From contig JAEYPO010000016.1 in assembly GCA_023410595.1 (NCBI GenBank), forward strand, positions 17,121 through 81,120: 64,000 bases of DNA. The letters are read 5' to 3'. Positions 1 through 10,345 of this stretch are shown here, piece by piece (the stretch's first letter is position 1; each line of letters begins with the position of its first letter). The position numbers were made by a program, and so were the translations under genes. The notes under the pieces are model-generated. The model was not told the origin of the DNA and ran no database searches. It was given only the letters and a program-made list of their open reading frames with translations. The DNA is from Bacillota bacterium. GTDB taxonomy: Bacteria > Bacillota > Clostridia > Christensenellales > SZUA-584.

Positions 1-791
1 TTCTTCTTCGCGTTTTCAAACATGTCCCTCACGCGCGAAGCGCCCACGCCCACGAACATCTCCACAAAGTCCGAGCCGCTTATCGAGAAGAACGGAACGC
101 CCGCCTCGCCCGCGACGGCCTTGGCAAGCAGCGTCTTGCCGCCTCCCGGAGGCCCTACAAGCAGTACGCCCTTGGGTATGCGCGCGCCCAGCTCCAAAAA
201 CCTTTTGGGGTTCTTTAAAAATTCGACTATTTCCGCGAGCTCCTCTTTTTCTTCGTCCGCTCCCGCTACGTCCGCGAACGTCTTCTGATTCTTACCGCCC
301 ACCTGCATGCGCGCTCTCGACTTGCCGAACGACAACGCCTTGTTGCCCGCTCCCTGCTGCTGGCGCATTATGAAATAGAACGCCAGCACGAGCAGCACCA
401 TGGGTATCAGGTAAGGAAGCAGCGACTCCAAAAACGACATCTGCGGCACGGGCGCATACTTAAGCTCAAAACCGTACTCCGTAGTGTTTTTCGCCCCCGT
501 TATAGCCATTATGTCCCTGTCGAACGCTTCCTGATCGGGTATGTACGCGTGAAAATCGTATTCGTTCGGGAACGATGCAACGTCGACCTGCGTGCCTGTT
601 TTCAGCGCGTACAGATCGTGCTCCACTATTACAACCTTACTGATGTTTTTGTCTTTAACGTTCTGCAAAAAATCAGGATAAGAAATATCGCGCTTATCGA
701 GTGGAGTGCCGCCGTTAAGCCACGTTATCAGCAATAATATAAGTGCAAAACCTATTAAATATATCAGCGGTCCTCTTGCCGACCTTTTCAA
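1..791 (-). CDS. ftsH: ATP-dependent zinc metalloprotease FtsH, N-terminal part (3' end lies beyond the window start)
   Basis: Missing from the ORF track because it runs off the window edge. Reverse translation from TTG at 791 (AAGGAGG 7 nt upstream) gives a TM-anchored N-terminus. It then reaches the AAA Walker A region [41 protein letters not shown]. The tilS-hpt-ftsH order matches Bacillus. Confidence 0.9.
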   Translation of the reverse strand, partial: MKRSARGPLIYLIGFALILLLITWLNGGTPLDKRDISYPDFLQNVKDKNISKVVIVEHDLYALKTGTQVDVASFPNEYDFHAYIPDQEAFDRDIMAITGAKNTTEYGFELKYAPVPQMSFLESLLPYLIPMVLLVLAFYFIMRQQQGAGNKALSFGKSRARMQVGGKNQKTFADVAGADEEKEELAEIVEFLKNPKRFLELGARIPKGVLLVGPPGGGKTLLAKAVAGEAGVPFFSISGSDFVEMFVGVGASRVRDMFENAKK

Positions 792-889
792 ACTGTCATC
801 CTCCTTAATGCTTTGTTTGACATTCTATCATATCAATATATACTTTTCAATTTACTCTGGCCGCGGCCTTAAGCGCGGAATTATCTCTT

Positions 890-1432
890 TTATTTGTATA
901 TCTGCTCTTTCAGTTCGCCGATATACTTTAAGTTCCTGTATTTCTCCGAATAGTCGAGGCCGTAACCCACTATAAACACGTCGGGAACCTTAAAGCCTAT
1001 GTAATCGGGCTTAAAATCTGTCTTCCTCCTGCTCGGCTTGTCGAACAGGCAGCAGACTTTAAGAGACTTTGGGTTTCTAGACGCGAGCGTTTTTGTAAGG
1101 TAATGCAGCGTAAGCCCCGAATCCACGATGTCTTCCACTATTAGCACGTCCTTGCCGGATATGTCCTGCTCTAAGTCGTACTGTATACGCACGACGCCGG
1201 TGGACACAGAGGATGCTCCGTAGCTTGAGAGCACCATGAAATCGAGCGTTACATCAAGATCCATCTCGCGCACAAGGTCGGAATAGAACACCACGGCGCC
1301 TTTGAGTATCCCCACCGTCAGCAGATTACTTCCGCTATAATCCCGGCTTATCTCGTCCGCGAGTTCCTTAACGCGCGCCTTTATCTGCTCTTCCGAGTAC
1401 AATATACGCTCTATGTCGTTATGCATACCCAT
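890..1432 (-). CDS. hpt: hypoxanthine phosphoribosyltransferase
   Basis: 180 aa with the PRPP-binding motif VLIVEDIVDSGLTL and a typical Hpt length. It overlaps the tilS stop by 14 nt. Confidence 0.9.
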   Translation of the reverse strand: MGMHNDIERILYSEEQIKARVKELADEISRDYSGSNLLTVGILKGAVVFYSDLVREMDLDVTLDFMVLSSYGASSVSTGVVRIQYDLEQDISGKDVLIVEDIVDSGLTLHYLTKTLASRNPKSLKVCCLFDKPSRRKTDFKPDYIGFKVPDVFIVGYGLDYSEKYRNLKYIGELKEQIYK

Positions 1433-2777
1433 TCCCCCAATAACATATTCTTATTATTTTCGAACCGGTTTTCAGCTTTGATGTCTCGGATACGCCGACT
1501 CCCACCGCCCAGAGCACTTCGCTTCCCTTTGCGAGCAGCGCGAGCGAATCGCGCCTTAAAAGAGGCACTTTCCTGTCGGAGAGATAATCTGAAAGGCGCT
1601 TTTTGCCGCTCATACCGAGCGGACAGATATAATCCCCCTCCAGCCTGGCCCTGAACGCCGCGCCCTCCAGCGCCGCGGCGTCGAAATATTCCGCTCCGCC
1701 GCTATATACGGGCTCACCGTTATATTCGCCGCAATCAAACTCAAAACCTGCAAACGAAAGCCTGCCGCAGCGAAAAACAATCAAGTGTTTATTATACTGC
1801 TTTTCTGCTTTTTTGCCAACAAGCAGTTTGCCGTACACAACCGACGCAAAGAGGCCGTGCGCAAGGTCTATGCTCTTGCCTGATTCCGCTTTTTCGGCAA
1901 GTTCCAAAAGACTCTTTATATGCACGCGCTCTAAGTCGGCAAGCTCTCCAACCTGCGCTGTCGCGAGGCGGATTACACGCTTTTTTACGGCGGGCATAAG
2001 CGCTGAAAGCTTAGGGAGGTCTATGTACGCGCCATCGTCTTTTATCTCTATGCAGTCAGCGTCTTTTGCCGCCGCAATTAGAGCTTCTTCATCCTCTGAA
2101 AGCAGCGCCGCCGTCCTTGCTATGTTCGCCGCCGCCGCCTCATTAATCCGCCTGAGTCCCGGCAGTATTTCCTTGCGTATATAATTCCTCGTATAAGCCG
2201 TATCCTCGTTAGTTGCGTCGCTTACATAAGGTATGCCGCGGCTCTTAACGTACTCCTCTATTTCCTTCCTTGATATACCAAGCATAGGCCGCAGAAATCT
2301 GCCCCGCTTTTCCGGTATGCCGCAAAGTCCCGCAAGCGCGCTGCCCCTCGTAAGGTTCATAAGCACCGTTTCGGCGTTGTCGTCCATATGGTGCGCCGTC
2401 GCTATATAGTCAGCCTCCGCGCTTTCCAGGAATTCGTACCTCGCCTGCCTTGCCGCCGTTTCGATGGAAACACCGCACGCTTTGGCGATGGCAGGCACGT
2501 CTGAGCGCTTCACTGAGCACTTAACACCTAAAGCTTTGCATTGCTCTTTTACGAATTCCATGTCGGCCACAGAAGCTTCGCCTCTTATGCCGTGTTCCAT
2601 GTGGTACACAACTATTAGTATGTTCATGTCTGCGCGTAAATTGCACAGACAATGAAGCAGCGCCATGGAGTCCATCCCGCCGCTTACCGCCGCGCCAACG
2701 CTGTCGCCCGTCTTGACGCCCAGCCGTATGAGGTTTTGCTTCACGCGCTTTTCAATCTCTATCATTTTAATATACAT
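1419..2777 (-). CDS. tilS: tRNA(Ile)-lysidine synthase
   Basis: 452 aa with the N-terminal PP-loop SGGMDS. Conserved position directly upstream of hpt-ftsH. Confidence 0.9.
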   Translation of the reverse strand: MYIKMIEIEKRVKQNLIRLGVKTGDSVGAAVSGGMDSMALLHCLCNLRADMNILIVVYHMEHGIRGEASVADMEFVKEQCKALGVKCSVKRSDVPAIAKACGVSIETAARQARYEFLESAEADYIATAHHMDDNAETVLMNLTRGSALAGLCGIPEKRGRFLRPMLGISRKEIEEYVKSRGIPYVSDATNEDTAYTRNYIRKEILPGLRRINEAAAANIARTAALLSEDEEALIAAAKDADCIEIKDDGAYIDLPKLSALMPAVKKRVIRLATAQVGELADLERVHIKSLLELAEKAESGKSIDLAHGLFASVVYGKLLVGKKAEKQYNKHLIVFRCGRLSFAGFEFDCGEYNGEPVYSGGAEYFDAAALEGAAFRARLEGDYICPLGMSGKKRLSDYLSDRKVPLLRRDSLALLAKGSEVLWAVGVGVSETSKLKTGSKIIRICYWGNGYA

Positions 2778-3001
2778 TGCGCCTTTACGTCGGTGCCAAA
2801 GTCACATATACCTTTATATATGAATGCTACAATATTAACAACAATGCCATTGAGCCGCAATACTGTTAGCGTTTAATTCACAGTTTCGACAAGATTTGTT
2901 TTCACCCCTGCCAATAAATCGCTTAAGGCTCGGAATGACAACAGAAACTTTTCAGCGGCCATAATTCCCTGAAGTGAAAGTCTCTTTTAGACGCCACTTC
3001 T

Positions 3002-3072
3002 ATCACCCCAACGGACTTTGTTCGCCAGAGACCCCGATTGGGGAGCTGGCTCCGTCAGGCGATTGAAGGGTG
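3002..3072. repeat. structured intergenic repeat, copy A (flanking degenerate TTCACCC-type material spans about 2890-3129)
   Basis: The 23-mer CACCCCAACGGACTTTGTTCGCC (3003-3025) matches 59756-59778 at 22 of 23 positions. Both copies share the outer inverted repeat TCACCC...GGGTGA and the inner hairpins CGGAC-TTT-GTTCG and CCCC-GATT-GGGG. Confidence 0.5.
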
Positions 3073-3133
3073 ATGCTAATTCATTCACCACCCTATCGGC
3101 GCTCCGCTCCACTTCTCCTATAAGGAAGCTATT

Positions 3134-4993
3134 TCAGTCGCCCCTTTTGGAAGAGAAATAAACAGTAAGCACCGCTATGTCCGCGGGAGATACGCCCGAT
3201 ATTCTCATCGCCTGTCCTATCGTCTCGGGACGCACCGCGCTAAGCTTCGCCGCCGCCTCGAGCCGCAGCCCTTTAAGACTCTTATAATCAAAATCAGGCG
3301 GCAGCTTCTTCTTTTCGAGCGACGCGAATTTCTCCACCTGCTTTTGCTGCTTATCTATATACCCCTGATACCTTATTTCCGTCTCGACGCAGTATTCTAC
3401 GTCCCGCTCGAGCTCTTTGCCGCACACCGGCTTAATGTCGGCGTAACCTACTCCCTGCCTCATCAGCAGGCTGTCCGCCTTAACGGGCGCCTTAACGGGC
3501 GGCAGCCCTTTAGCTTCGAGCAGCGCGCTCGCCTGCTCAATGCTCACCGTCAGCCGTCCAAGCCGCCGCTTTTCGTTCTCCACAGCCTCACGTTTCTTCA
3601 TATACATATCGTAGCGCTCATTCGTTACGAGCCCCACTCTTTTTCCCATCTCAGTAAGGCGCGCGTCCGCGTTGTCCTGCCGCAGCAGCAGACGGTACTC
3701 CGCCCTCGCTGTCATCATACGGTACGGCTCGCTTGTGCCCTTCGTCACAAGGTCGTCGATGAGCACTCCCGCGTACGCGTCACTCCTTGAGAGTATCAAA
3801 GGCTCGTCGCGCTTTATGTACTGTACGGCGTTTATGCCCGCAACTATGCCCTGCGCAGCCGCCTCCTCGTACCCGGAAGTTCCGTTTATCTGCCCCGCGC
3901 AAAAGAGCCCCGGCACGTCCTTAATCTCCAGCGACGCCTTTAATTGCCTCGGGTCTATGCAGTCATACTCTATTGCGTACGCCGTGCGCATGAATACGGC
4001 GTTCTCCAGCCCCGGCACCGTCGCGTAAACAGCCTTCTGCACGTCCTCGGGCAGCGACGAGCTTAATCCCTGTATGTACATCTCGTTCGTCCACACGCCC
4101 TCCGGCTCTATGAATATCTGGTGACGCTCCTTGTCGGGGAATTTTACTACCTTATCCTCTATCGACGGGCAGTAGCGCGGCCCCGTGCCCTTTATCTGTC
4201 CGCTGTAAAGCGGGCTTCTGTGCAGGTTAGCGCGTATTATATCGTGCGTCTTATCATTAGTGTAAGTTAAAAAGCATGGGTGCTGCTCTCTCGGTTCGCC
4301 CTTCGTCAGGAACGAAAAATACTCGGGGCGCTCGTCGCCGTACTGCGGAATAGTTTTTGAAAAATCTATCGTGCGCTTGTCCACTCTCGCGGGCGTGCCT
4401 GTCTTAAAACGCTGCAGCTTTAGCCCCAATTCGCTTAAGTCGAGCATGTCCGCGGGCTGCAGCCCCGACGGCCCGGACGAAACCCTGTGCTCGCCAATTA
4501 TCACGCGGCCTTTAAGGTAAACGCCCGTGCAAAGCACTACGGCCTTGGCGCCGTATTCGGCCCCAAGATGCGTCTCGACGCCGGCGACGCGGCCATTTTT
4601 CGTTATTATGCGCGATACCTCCGTGCTCATTATATAAAGATTATCGGCGTTTTCCAGCGTCCACTTCATTACGCGCTGGTAGAATTTTTTATCCTGCTGG
4701 GAGCGCAGCGACTGAACGGCCGCGCCCTTAGACGTGTTGAGCATACGTATCTGCATATACGCCGCGTCCGCCGCAAGCCCCATCTGGCCGCCCAGCGCGT
4801 CAACTTCGCGCACGAGATGCCCCTTGCTGGTGCCGCCTATGGCCGGGTTGCACGCCATCAGCGCTATGCTGTCAAGATTTATTGTGAGCAGCAGCGTTTT
4901 TTGCCCCATACGGGCACAGGCAAGCGCCGCTTCACAACCCGCGTGCCCCGCGCCTACAACTATAACGTCATAATCTCCTGCAAAATACCCCAT
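3134..4993 (-). CDS. mnmG: tRNA uridine-5-carboxymethylaminomethyl modification enzyme MnmG (GidA)
   Basis: 619 aa with the N-terminal FAD motif [15 protein letters not shown]. Full-length GidA-like sequence directly downstream of mnmE. Confidence 0.95.
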   Translation of the reverse strand: MGYFAGDYDVIVVGAGHAGCEAALACARMGQKTLLLTINLDSIALMACNPAIGGTSKGHLVREVDALGGQMGLAADAAYMQIRMLNTSKGAAVQSLRSQQDKKFYQRVMKWTLENADNLYIMSTEVSRIITKNGRVAGVETHLGAEYGAKAVVLCTGVYLKGRVIIGEHRVSSGPSGLQPADMLDLSELGLKLQRFKTGTPARVDKRTIDFSKTIPQYGDERPEYFSFLTKGEPREQHPCFLTYTNDKTHDIIRANLHRSPLYSGQIKGTGPRYCPSIEDKVVKFPDKERHQIFIEPEGVWTNEMYIQGLSSSLPEDVQKAVYATVPGLENAVFMRTAYAIEYDCIDPRQLKASLEIKDVPGLFCAGQINGTSGYEEAAAQGIVAGINAVQYIKRDEPLILSRSDAYAGVLIDDLVTKGTSEPYRMMTARAEYRLLLRQDNADARLTEMGKRVGLVTNERYDMYMKKREAVENEKRRLGRLTVSIEQASALLEAKGLPPVKAPVKADSLLMRQGVGYADIKPVCGKELERDVEYCVETEIRYQGYIDKQQKQVEKFASLEKKKLPPDFDYKSLKGLRLEAAAKLSAVRPETIGQAMRISGVSPADIAVLTVYFSSKRGD

Positions 4994-4994
4994 G

Positions 4995-6335
4995 CTATTT
5001 CCCCAGACAAAACTTATCGAATATGCTGTTAATTATCTCTTCCGTCACCGTAACGCCCGTTATCGCGCCAAGGCCGGTCCAGGCTTCCTTCAGATCCACG
5101 GCCACGCAATCGAGGTCGGCCGAGTCAAACGCGTCTATCGCAAAGTCAAGGCTCTCTTTTACCGAAGCGAGTATATCAAAATGCCGCTCGTTTGTTATTA
5201 TGACGTCTTCCGCCTCGCTTACCTCGGGCGGCGTTATGAGGCCTAGAAGCTTATCCCTTCCCTCGCCTTTAAGCGCGCTCACCGTTACAGCTTCCTTTGC
5301 GAACGTACGCTTCACCTCGTCCGTCGACGTAATATCCGGCAGGTCGCTCTTGTTGAGCACTATTACCGTATCGCCGCCTAGCGCGGAGAAAATCTGCTTG
5401 TCCTCGTCCGTTATGCCCTCCGAAGCGTCGAGCACGAACAGCGTCATATCCGCTTTTTTTACGGCTTCCTTCGCCCTTGAGATGCCTATGTTCTCCACCA
5501 CGTCGGCGCTCTCTCTGAGCCCCGCCGTGTCTATGAGCCGTATCAGCACGCCGTTTTTATAAAGCGTATCGTCCACGGCGTCCCTCGTCGTGCCGGGAAT
5601 GTGGGTGACTATCGCCCGTTCCTTATCGAGCAGCATGTTAAAAAGCGACGACTTCCCTACATTGGGCCTGCCCGCTATTACAACGCTATACCCTTCACGC
5701 AGCATCCTGCCCGAACCGAACGTGTCATGGAGCCGCTTTGTCTCGTCCCTTGCCGCCAGAATGAGCGGCAGAGCGTCGCGCTTTACGTCCGCTTCTATGT
5801 CGTCCTCCGGGTAGTCGAGCCCCGCCTCTATTATGGCAAGCGCATCCGTAAGCTTTCCCTGTATCGCCGTTATCCTGTCAAACAGCCCTCCCGAGAGCTG
5901 CCGAAGAGCCGCGCCCGCGCCCGCCGCGGAGCTTGCTCCTATAAGTTCCATCACCGCTCCCGCCGCGGACAGATCCATCTTGCCCGCGAGAAACGCGCGC
6001 TTGGTAAACTCGCCCGGCTCGGCGAGCCTTGCGCCCCTGTCCCTTAATGCCCGCATAACGAGCGACGTTGTAACTCCGCCGCCGTGGCAGTGTATCTCCG
6101 CCATGTCCTCGCCGGTGTAAGACTTAGGCGCGTAAAAATAAACGGCCATCACCTCGTCAATGCGTTTTCCCTCATGCTCTATATAGCCGTGGTAAAGCTT
6201 TGCGTGCTCCCTGCCGCTGCTGCTGAACACTGCGTCCATTATGCCGTGCGCATTTTCGCCCGATATCCTGATAACGGATATCGCGCCTCCGCCCGGCGTG
6301 GCCGGCGCGAATATCGTCTCGCTGTCGTGATCCAT
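4995..6335 (-). CDS. mnmE: tRNA modification GTPase MnmE (TrmE)
   Basis: 446 aa with G-domain motifs GRPNVGKSS and DTAG, and the C-terminal CLGK end typical of MnmE. Confidence 0.95.
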   Translation of the reverse strand: MDHDSETIFAPATPGGGAISVIRISGENAHGIMDAVFSSSGREHAKLYHGYIEHEGKRIDEVMAVYFYAPKSYTGEDMAEIHCHGGGVTTSLVMRALRDRGARLAEPGEFTKRAFLAGKMDLSAAGAVMELIGASSAAGAGAALRQLSGGLFDRITAIQGKLTDALAIIEAGLDYPEDDIEADVKRDALPLILAARDETKRLHDTFGSGRMLREGYSVVIAGRPNVGKSSLFNMLLDKERAIVTHIPGTTRDAVDDTLYKNGVLIRLIDTAGLRESADVVENIGISRAKEAVKKADMTLFVLDASEGITDEDKQIFSALGGDTVIVLNKSDLPDITSTDEVKRTFAKEAVTVSALKGEGRDKLLGLITPPEVSEAEDVIITNERHFDILASVKESLDFAIDAFDSADLDCVAVDLKEAWTGLGAITGVTVTEEIINSIFDKFCLGK

Positions 6336-6517
6336 GTAATATCCTTAGTTTACTTCGCATTCTACGTCAATTTTGACGCGCATATCATACCATAAGTTTA
6401 ACCGTTTTGCACATATTATGATGTTTTTGAGCGCCTTTGGGGCGCCGTTTTTTACGCTCTTTTGCTTACAGCAAAAAAAGGACGGTTTCCCGCCCTCCCC
6501 GGCTTTGTCTTTAGAAT

Positions 6518-7432
6518 CTATTCCAGCATGTTCTCGAATTCTTCTTCACCCGATATCTTTATGGGCGTACCGTATGCCGGTATGCCCGCGAGCGGATCGG
6601 ACATGCTGTTTACAAACCACCTGCCGCCATACTGTATGACCGTGAATCCGCCCATATAATAGCCGCCGTTGTACTTATAAAGCACAGACCTGAACTGCTC
6701 GTCTTCCGCGCCGAACGTCTTCGCCATTTTCATTTGGTTCTCGCGGTTGTTCTCGTTGTCGTGCATACCCATCTTTCCTATTTTAATTAACTCCAGATCG
6801 TTTATCTTCGACGGGTCGAGCGCGTCCATCAGGTCGCCGGGGAATTTCTTGTCAGGAAGAGGCACCGTCGTTCCCGTAAACATGCCGCCGTACTCCTCGG
6901 GCAGGTTTAGTGAAATTGTAAAGCAGGACATCTGCATCATTATCTGCTGCGTCAGCCTCGCCTTGTTCAATTCCAGATACGGCTTATACTCTGAAGGCAG
7001 GAACGACGTCATGATAGGGAGCAGCGTCTGAACGCGCTCCACATACGCCTTATAGTCGAAACCGCCTGCAGTCTCGTTTATGCCGCACGCGGCGAGCGCG
7101 CCGTTAAAGTCGCTTGTCTTCAGGCAATCCACGAAATAGTTTATAGCGTCCTCGGGACTTGCAAAGCTCTTAGACGCGGCGCCGAACGTTCCCGCCGCTC
7201 CGCCGAACACGCCCAAAAACGTAAGCATGAGCGCCGCTGCCAGCATAACCGACAATACGCCGAGCGCTATTGCCGGCGCGTTCCTCTTTTTTGCGGGCCT
7301 AACCGCGGGCTGCTCCGCGCACGGATGGGCCTGCGGCGGCGGAGTATAAGGCTGCGCCTCAAGTTTCACTCCGTAGCTTACGCAAAACGCCGCGCCATGT
7401 GCGTTCTCTTTCCCGCAACTCCTGCAAAACAT
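6518..7432 (-). CDS. zinc-ribbon-like membrane-anchored protein, function unknown
   Basis: 304 aa. The N-terminus MFCRSCGKEN...FCVSYG resembles a zinc ribbon, but the fourth Cys position is Tyr. A Pro-rich linker, one TM helix and an extracytoplasmic domain follow. A hairpin with a T-run lies 3' at about 6473-6505. Confidence 0.6.
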   Translation of the reverse strand: MFCRSCGKENAHGAAFCVSYGVKLEAQPYTPPPQAHPCAEQPAVRPAKKRNAPAIALGVLSVMLAAALMLTFLGVFGGAAGTFGAASKSFASPEDAINYFVDCLKTSDFNGALAACGINETAGGFDYKAYVERVQTLLPIMTSFLPSEYKPYLELNKARLTQQIMMQMSCFTISLNLPEEYGGMFTGTTVPLPDKKFPGDLMDALDPSKINDLELIKIGKMGMHDNENNRENQMKMAKTFGAEDEQFRSVLYKYNGGYYMGGFTVIQYGGRWFVNSMSDPLAGIPAYGTPIKISGEEEFENMLE

Positions 7433-7650
7433 ATTCGTTCCTCCTTATAATCTTCATAGGAGATAATGTATTCTGGCTTCTAACAATTGTGTCTTTATGT
7501 ATAATTTTATTATATTATGCACAGGCTTTCAATAACGCCGTATATATTTGTTAAAAAAGGCGGCGAAAGTCTTGATAATCACCGAGCAAAAAAATTACCG
7601 CCTTTTACAGCGGTGTTCCGGCTCCTGCAAAGCCTCTTTATCCTTCGAGC

Positions 7651-8235
7651 TTACACCTCGCTTTTTTCGGCGAGCACTAATATCTTCTCCGCAATATCAC
7701 GCATCGCCACGCGCGAGTCCATGCTCATCTTCTGTATCCTGCGATACGCCTCGGCTTCGGATATGCTCTTGCGCTTCATAAGTATGCCCTTGGCCTTCTC
7801 TATTACCTTCCTGTCGTCAAGCTCGCGCTTGAGTTTACTTAGCTCGCGCTCCAGCCTGCCCATGCGCCGCCTGTTCTGCACTATAACTTCCAGCGTGTTT
7901 AAGAGCTTGTCTGCGCTCACCGGCTTGGGAAAAAGCGTTATGTCGTAATCATCCACCACGTCGGTGCAAAACTCCCGCTGCATATTGGTAACAAACAGCA
8001 GCACGCTGCACAGATTCCCGTCGCCCACAATGGTCGCGACCTCCAGCCCCGTCATATCGGGCATGTCAAAATTGATGAGCAGTATGTCTATCGAACCCGA
8101 CCTTATCCTCCTCAAGGCTTCGCTGCCCGAAGTGCATACCTCTTCCACCGCGTAACCGTTGCGCTGCAGCGCGTACTTTATTTTCTCCGCCGCCTCGTTG
8201 TTTGCAAGTGCTATTGCTATTCTCGCCTTTTCCAT
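7651..8235 (-). CDS. ANTAR-domain RNA-binding regulator with a degenerate (pseudo-)receiver domain
   Basis: The C-terminal ANTAR signature is ...IEKAKGILMKRKSISEAEAYRRIQKMSMDSRVAMRDIAEKIL. Start chosen at ATG 8235 (MEKARIAIA) because AGGAG lies 5 nt upstream. The ORF-track start at 8319 adds 28 unsupported residues. Confidence 0.8.
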   Translation of the reverse strand: MEKARIAIALANNEAAEKIKYALQRNGYAVEEVCTSGSEALRRIRSGSIDILLINFDMPDMTGLEVATIVGDGNLCSVLLFVTNMQREFCTDVVDDYDITLFPKPVSADKLLNTLEVIVQNRRRMGRLERELSKLKRELDDRKVIEKAKGILMKRKSISEAEAYRRIQKMSMDSRVAMRDIAEKILVLAEKSEV

Positions 8236-8412
8236 ATTGCTCCTATATCTTAGCAGAGAATCGTCTTTATATTCTATATCGCAGTAATAGACTATATAAC
8301 ATGTTCGTAATATATACAAAAAAAGACGTTTATTACGATAAACGTCTTTGTATATCTATGTAATTATATCATACGCATATGTATTTGCAATAAAAAATAT
8401 TGCTCAGCGATA

Positions 8413-9396
8413 TCAGATATCCTCGACAACCTTTTTGGGCACCCTTGAAAACAGCGGGCTTACCGATTCCTTCTCATGTATGCGCAGCACGGCTTCCGCA
8501 AACAGCGGCGCTACGGATATGACGACAAACTTTTCGCAGCCCGCGATATACGGGTTTTTCACGCTGTCCGTCCCAATAACCATCTCTATAGGACTGTTAT
8601 CTATGGCTTTTATGCCTTTTTCGCGCACTATCACGTGCGATATGCCCGCTATTATACGCCTGGCGCCGTTGGCTTTGAGCATCTTGGCTATATCGATGAG
8701 CGTGCCGCCCGAAATTGTGAAGTCGTCGACTATAAGGCAGTTCTTGCCGTTAACGTCGCCTATTACGTTCAAAACCTTGGCGTCTTCGTCGTGCCCCGCC
8801 CTAACCTTGTCGCCTATCGCTACGGGGACGCCCAGGTAATCGGCGTACTTCCTCGCGGTCTTGGCATAACCCGCGTCAGGCGATACTACGCACAGGTTGT
8901 CCACTATATCGAGGCCTTTAATGTATTCGCAGATTATTGGCAGCGATAAAAGATGGTCGACGGGCTTTTTGAAAAACCCCTGAACCTGCGGGCTGTGCAG
9001 GTCCATAACTACTATCCTGTCCGCGCCCGCGAGCTCTATGCTTTCGGCGCACACCCTCGCGCGTATCGAGACCCTTGGCTCGTCCTTCTTATCGCCTTTT
9101 GCGTAACTGAAATATGGAATGATTGCGGTGACGGAATTCGCGCTGGCGCGCTTTAACGCGTCCATCCAAAAAAGTATCTCGACGAAATCGTCGTTAGGGG
9201 TCATACCTATAGGCTGTACTACGTAAACGTCCTTGTTGCGTACAGTCTCTTTGATCCTTAAAAAAATGTTTCCGTCCGAAAAATTAATGACTTCCGAATC
9301 CCCAAGATCGTTACCCAAGTATTTGCACATCTTCTTGGCAAACCCTATCCCCGAAGATCCTGCAAATATCTTGATGTCGCTAACAAAAGATTCCAA
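8413..9396 (-). CDS. prs: ribose-phosphate pyrophosphokinase (PRPP synthetase)
   Basis: 327 aa with Prs-like blocks ...YFSYAKGDKKDEPRVSIRARV..., ...VVSPDAGYAKTARKYA... and the PRPP loop LIVDDFTISGGTL. TTG start with AAGGGG upstream. Confidence 0.9.
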   Translation of the reverse strand: MESFVSDIKIFAGSSGIGFAKKMCKYLGNDLGDSEVINFSDGNIFLRIKETVRNKDVYVVQPIGMTPNDDFVEILFWMDALKRASANSVTAIIPYFSYAKGDKKDEPRVSIRARVCAESIELAGADRIVVMDLHSPQVQGFFKKPVDHLLSLPIICEYIKGLDIVDNLCVVSPDAGYAKTARKYADYLGVPVAIGDKVRAGHDEDAKVLNVIGDVNGKNCLIVDDFTISGGTLIDIAKMLKANGARRIIAGISHVIVREKGIKAIDNSPIEMVIGTDSVKNPYIAGCEKFVVISVAPLFAEAVLRIHEKESVSPLFSRVPKKVVEDI

Positions 9397-9523
9397 TCTT
9401 CTACCCCTTTTATGTTTTCCCGTATTATGCTGATTATTTTAACATTAAAACCGCACACAATCAATATCAAGCCCTAAAAAGTCTTGTGTCTTTTTGGGAG
9501 CACGATAATTACACATCATATGC

Positions 9524-10345
9524 TTAATTGAACAAAATGCCTGTAAGCGCCTCCACACTGCGCCTGAGGTAGTCCCCGCCCCGAGTTTCCGAGCCAATCC
9601 CGACGCCGGGCTTAGCGCTGCCGTGAAAATCGCTGCCCGCCGTAACATACAGGCCGCCGCGCCTCGCGAGGCTTTCAAATTCCCTGCACTGCCCGTCCGT
9701 ATGAGCAGGGTGATAAGCTTCTACGCCCCAGAAGCCCATTCCGGCAAGCTTTGGAAAAAGCGCGCTTCTTACATCATCCTTCATAAGGCCGGGGTGCGCA
9801 AGCACGGCTTTACCGCCTGCGCCGGATATCAGCCGCGCCGCCTGCTCTATGCTTATCTTGTCGTACGGCACGTAAAACTGCGTGTGCTTTGAAAGGTATA
9901 CCGCGAACGCCTCTCTTACGTCGGTCGCGTATCCCTTCTTTACAAGCGCCGCCGCGATATGCGGACGCCCTATTATGCCGCCGCAGCCTTCGCGCACGTC
10001 CTTAAGAGTAATGCCGACTCCCGCTGCGCGCAGCTTTTCTATCATGCTGCTTGCTCGCTCTTCGCGCAGCGATGACGCCGACTCTATATGCGCTATGAGC
10101 TCCGGGCTGCGCCAGTCGATGCCGAGCCCCAAGACGTGCACTTCTCCCTCATACCGCGCGGCAAGCTCTATGCCGGGAAGTACGAGTATGCCTTTTTCAT
10201 CCGCAACTTTCCCATAGCCGCGGCACTCGTCGTGATCCGTTATCGCTATTATTTTAAGTCCCTTTTGCTTTGCCGCTTCTATGGTCTCACGCGGCGTAAA
10301 GTCCCCGTCCGAAAACGTCGTATGCACATGCAGATCAAGCTTCAT
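9524..10345 (-). CDS. PHP-domain metal-dependent phosphoesterase (TrpH/YciV-like)
   Basis: 273 aa with the N-terminal MKLDLHVHTTFSDG and ITDHD motifs typical of PHP phosphoesterases. Confidence 0.8.
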   Translation of the reverse strand: MKLDLHVHTTFSDGDFTPRETIEAAKQKGLKIIAITDHDECRGYGKVADEKGILVLPGIELAARYEGEVHVLGLGIDWRSPELIAHIESASSLREERASSMIEKLRAAGVGITLKDVREGCGGIIGRPHIAAALVKKGYATDVREAFAVYLSKHTQFYVPYDKISIEQAARLISGAGGKAVLAHPGLMKDDVRSALFPKLAGMGFWGVEAYHPAHTDGQCREFESLARRGGLYVTAGSDFHGSAKPGVGIGSETRGGDYLRRSVEALTGILFN

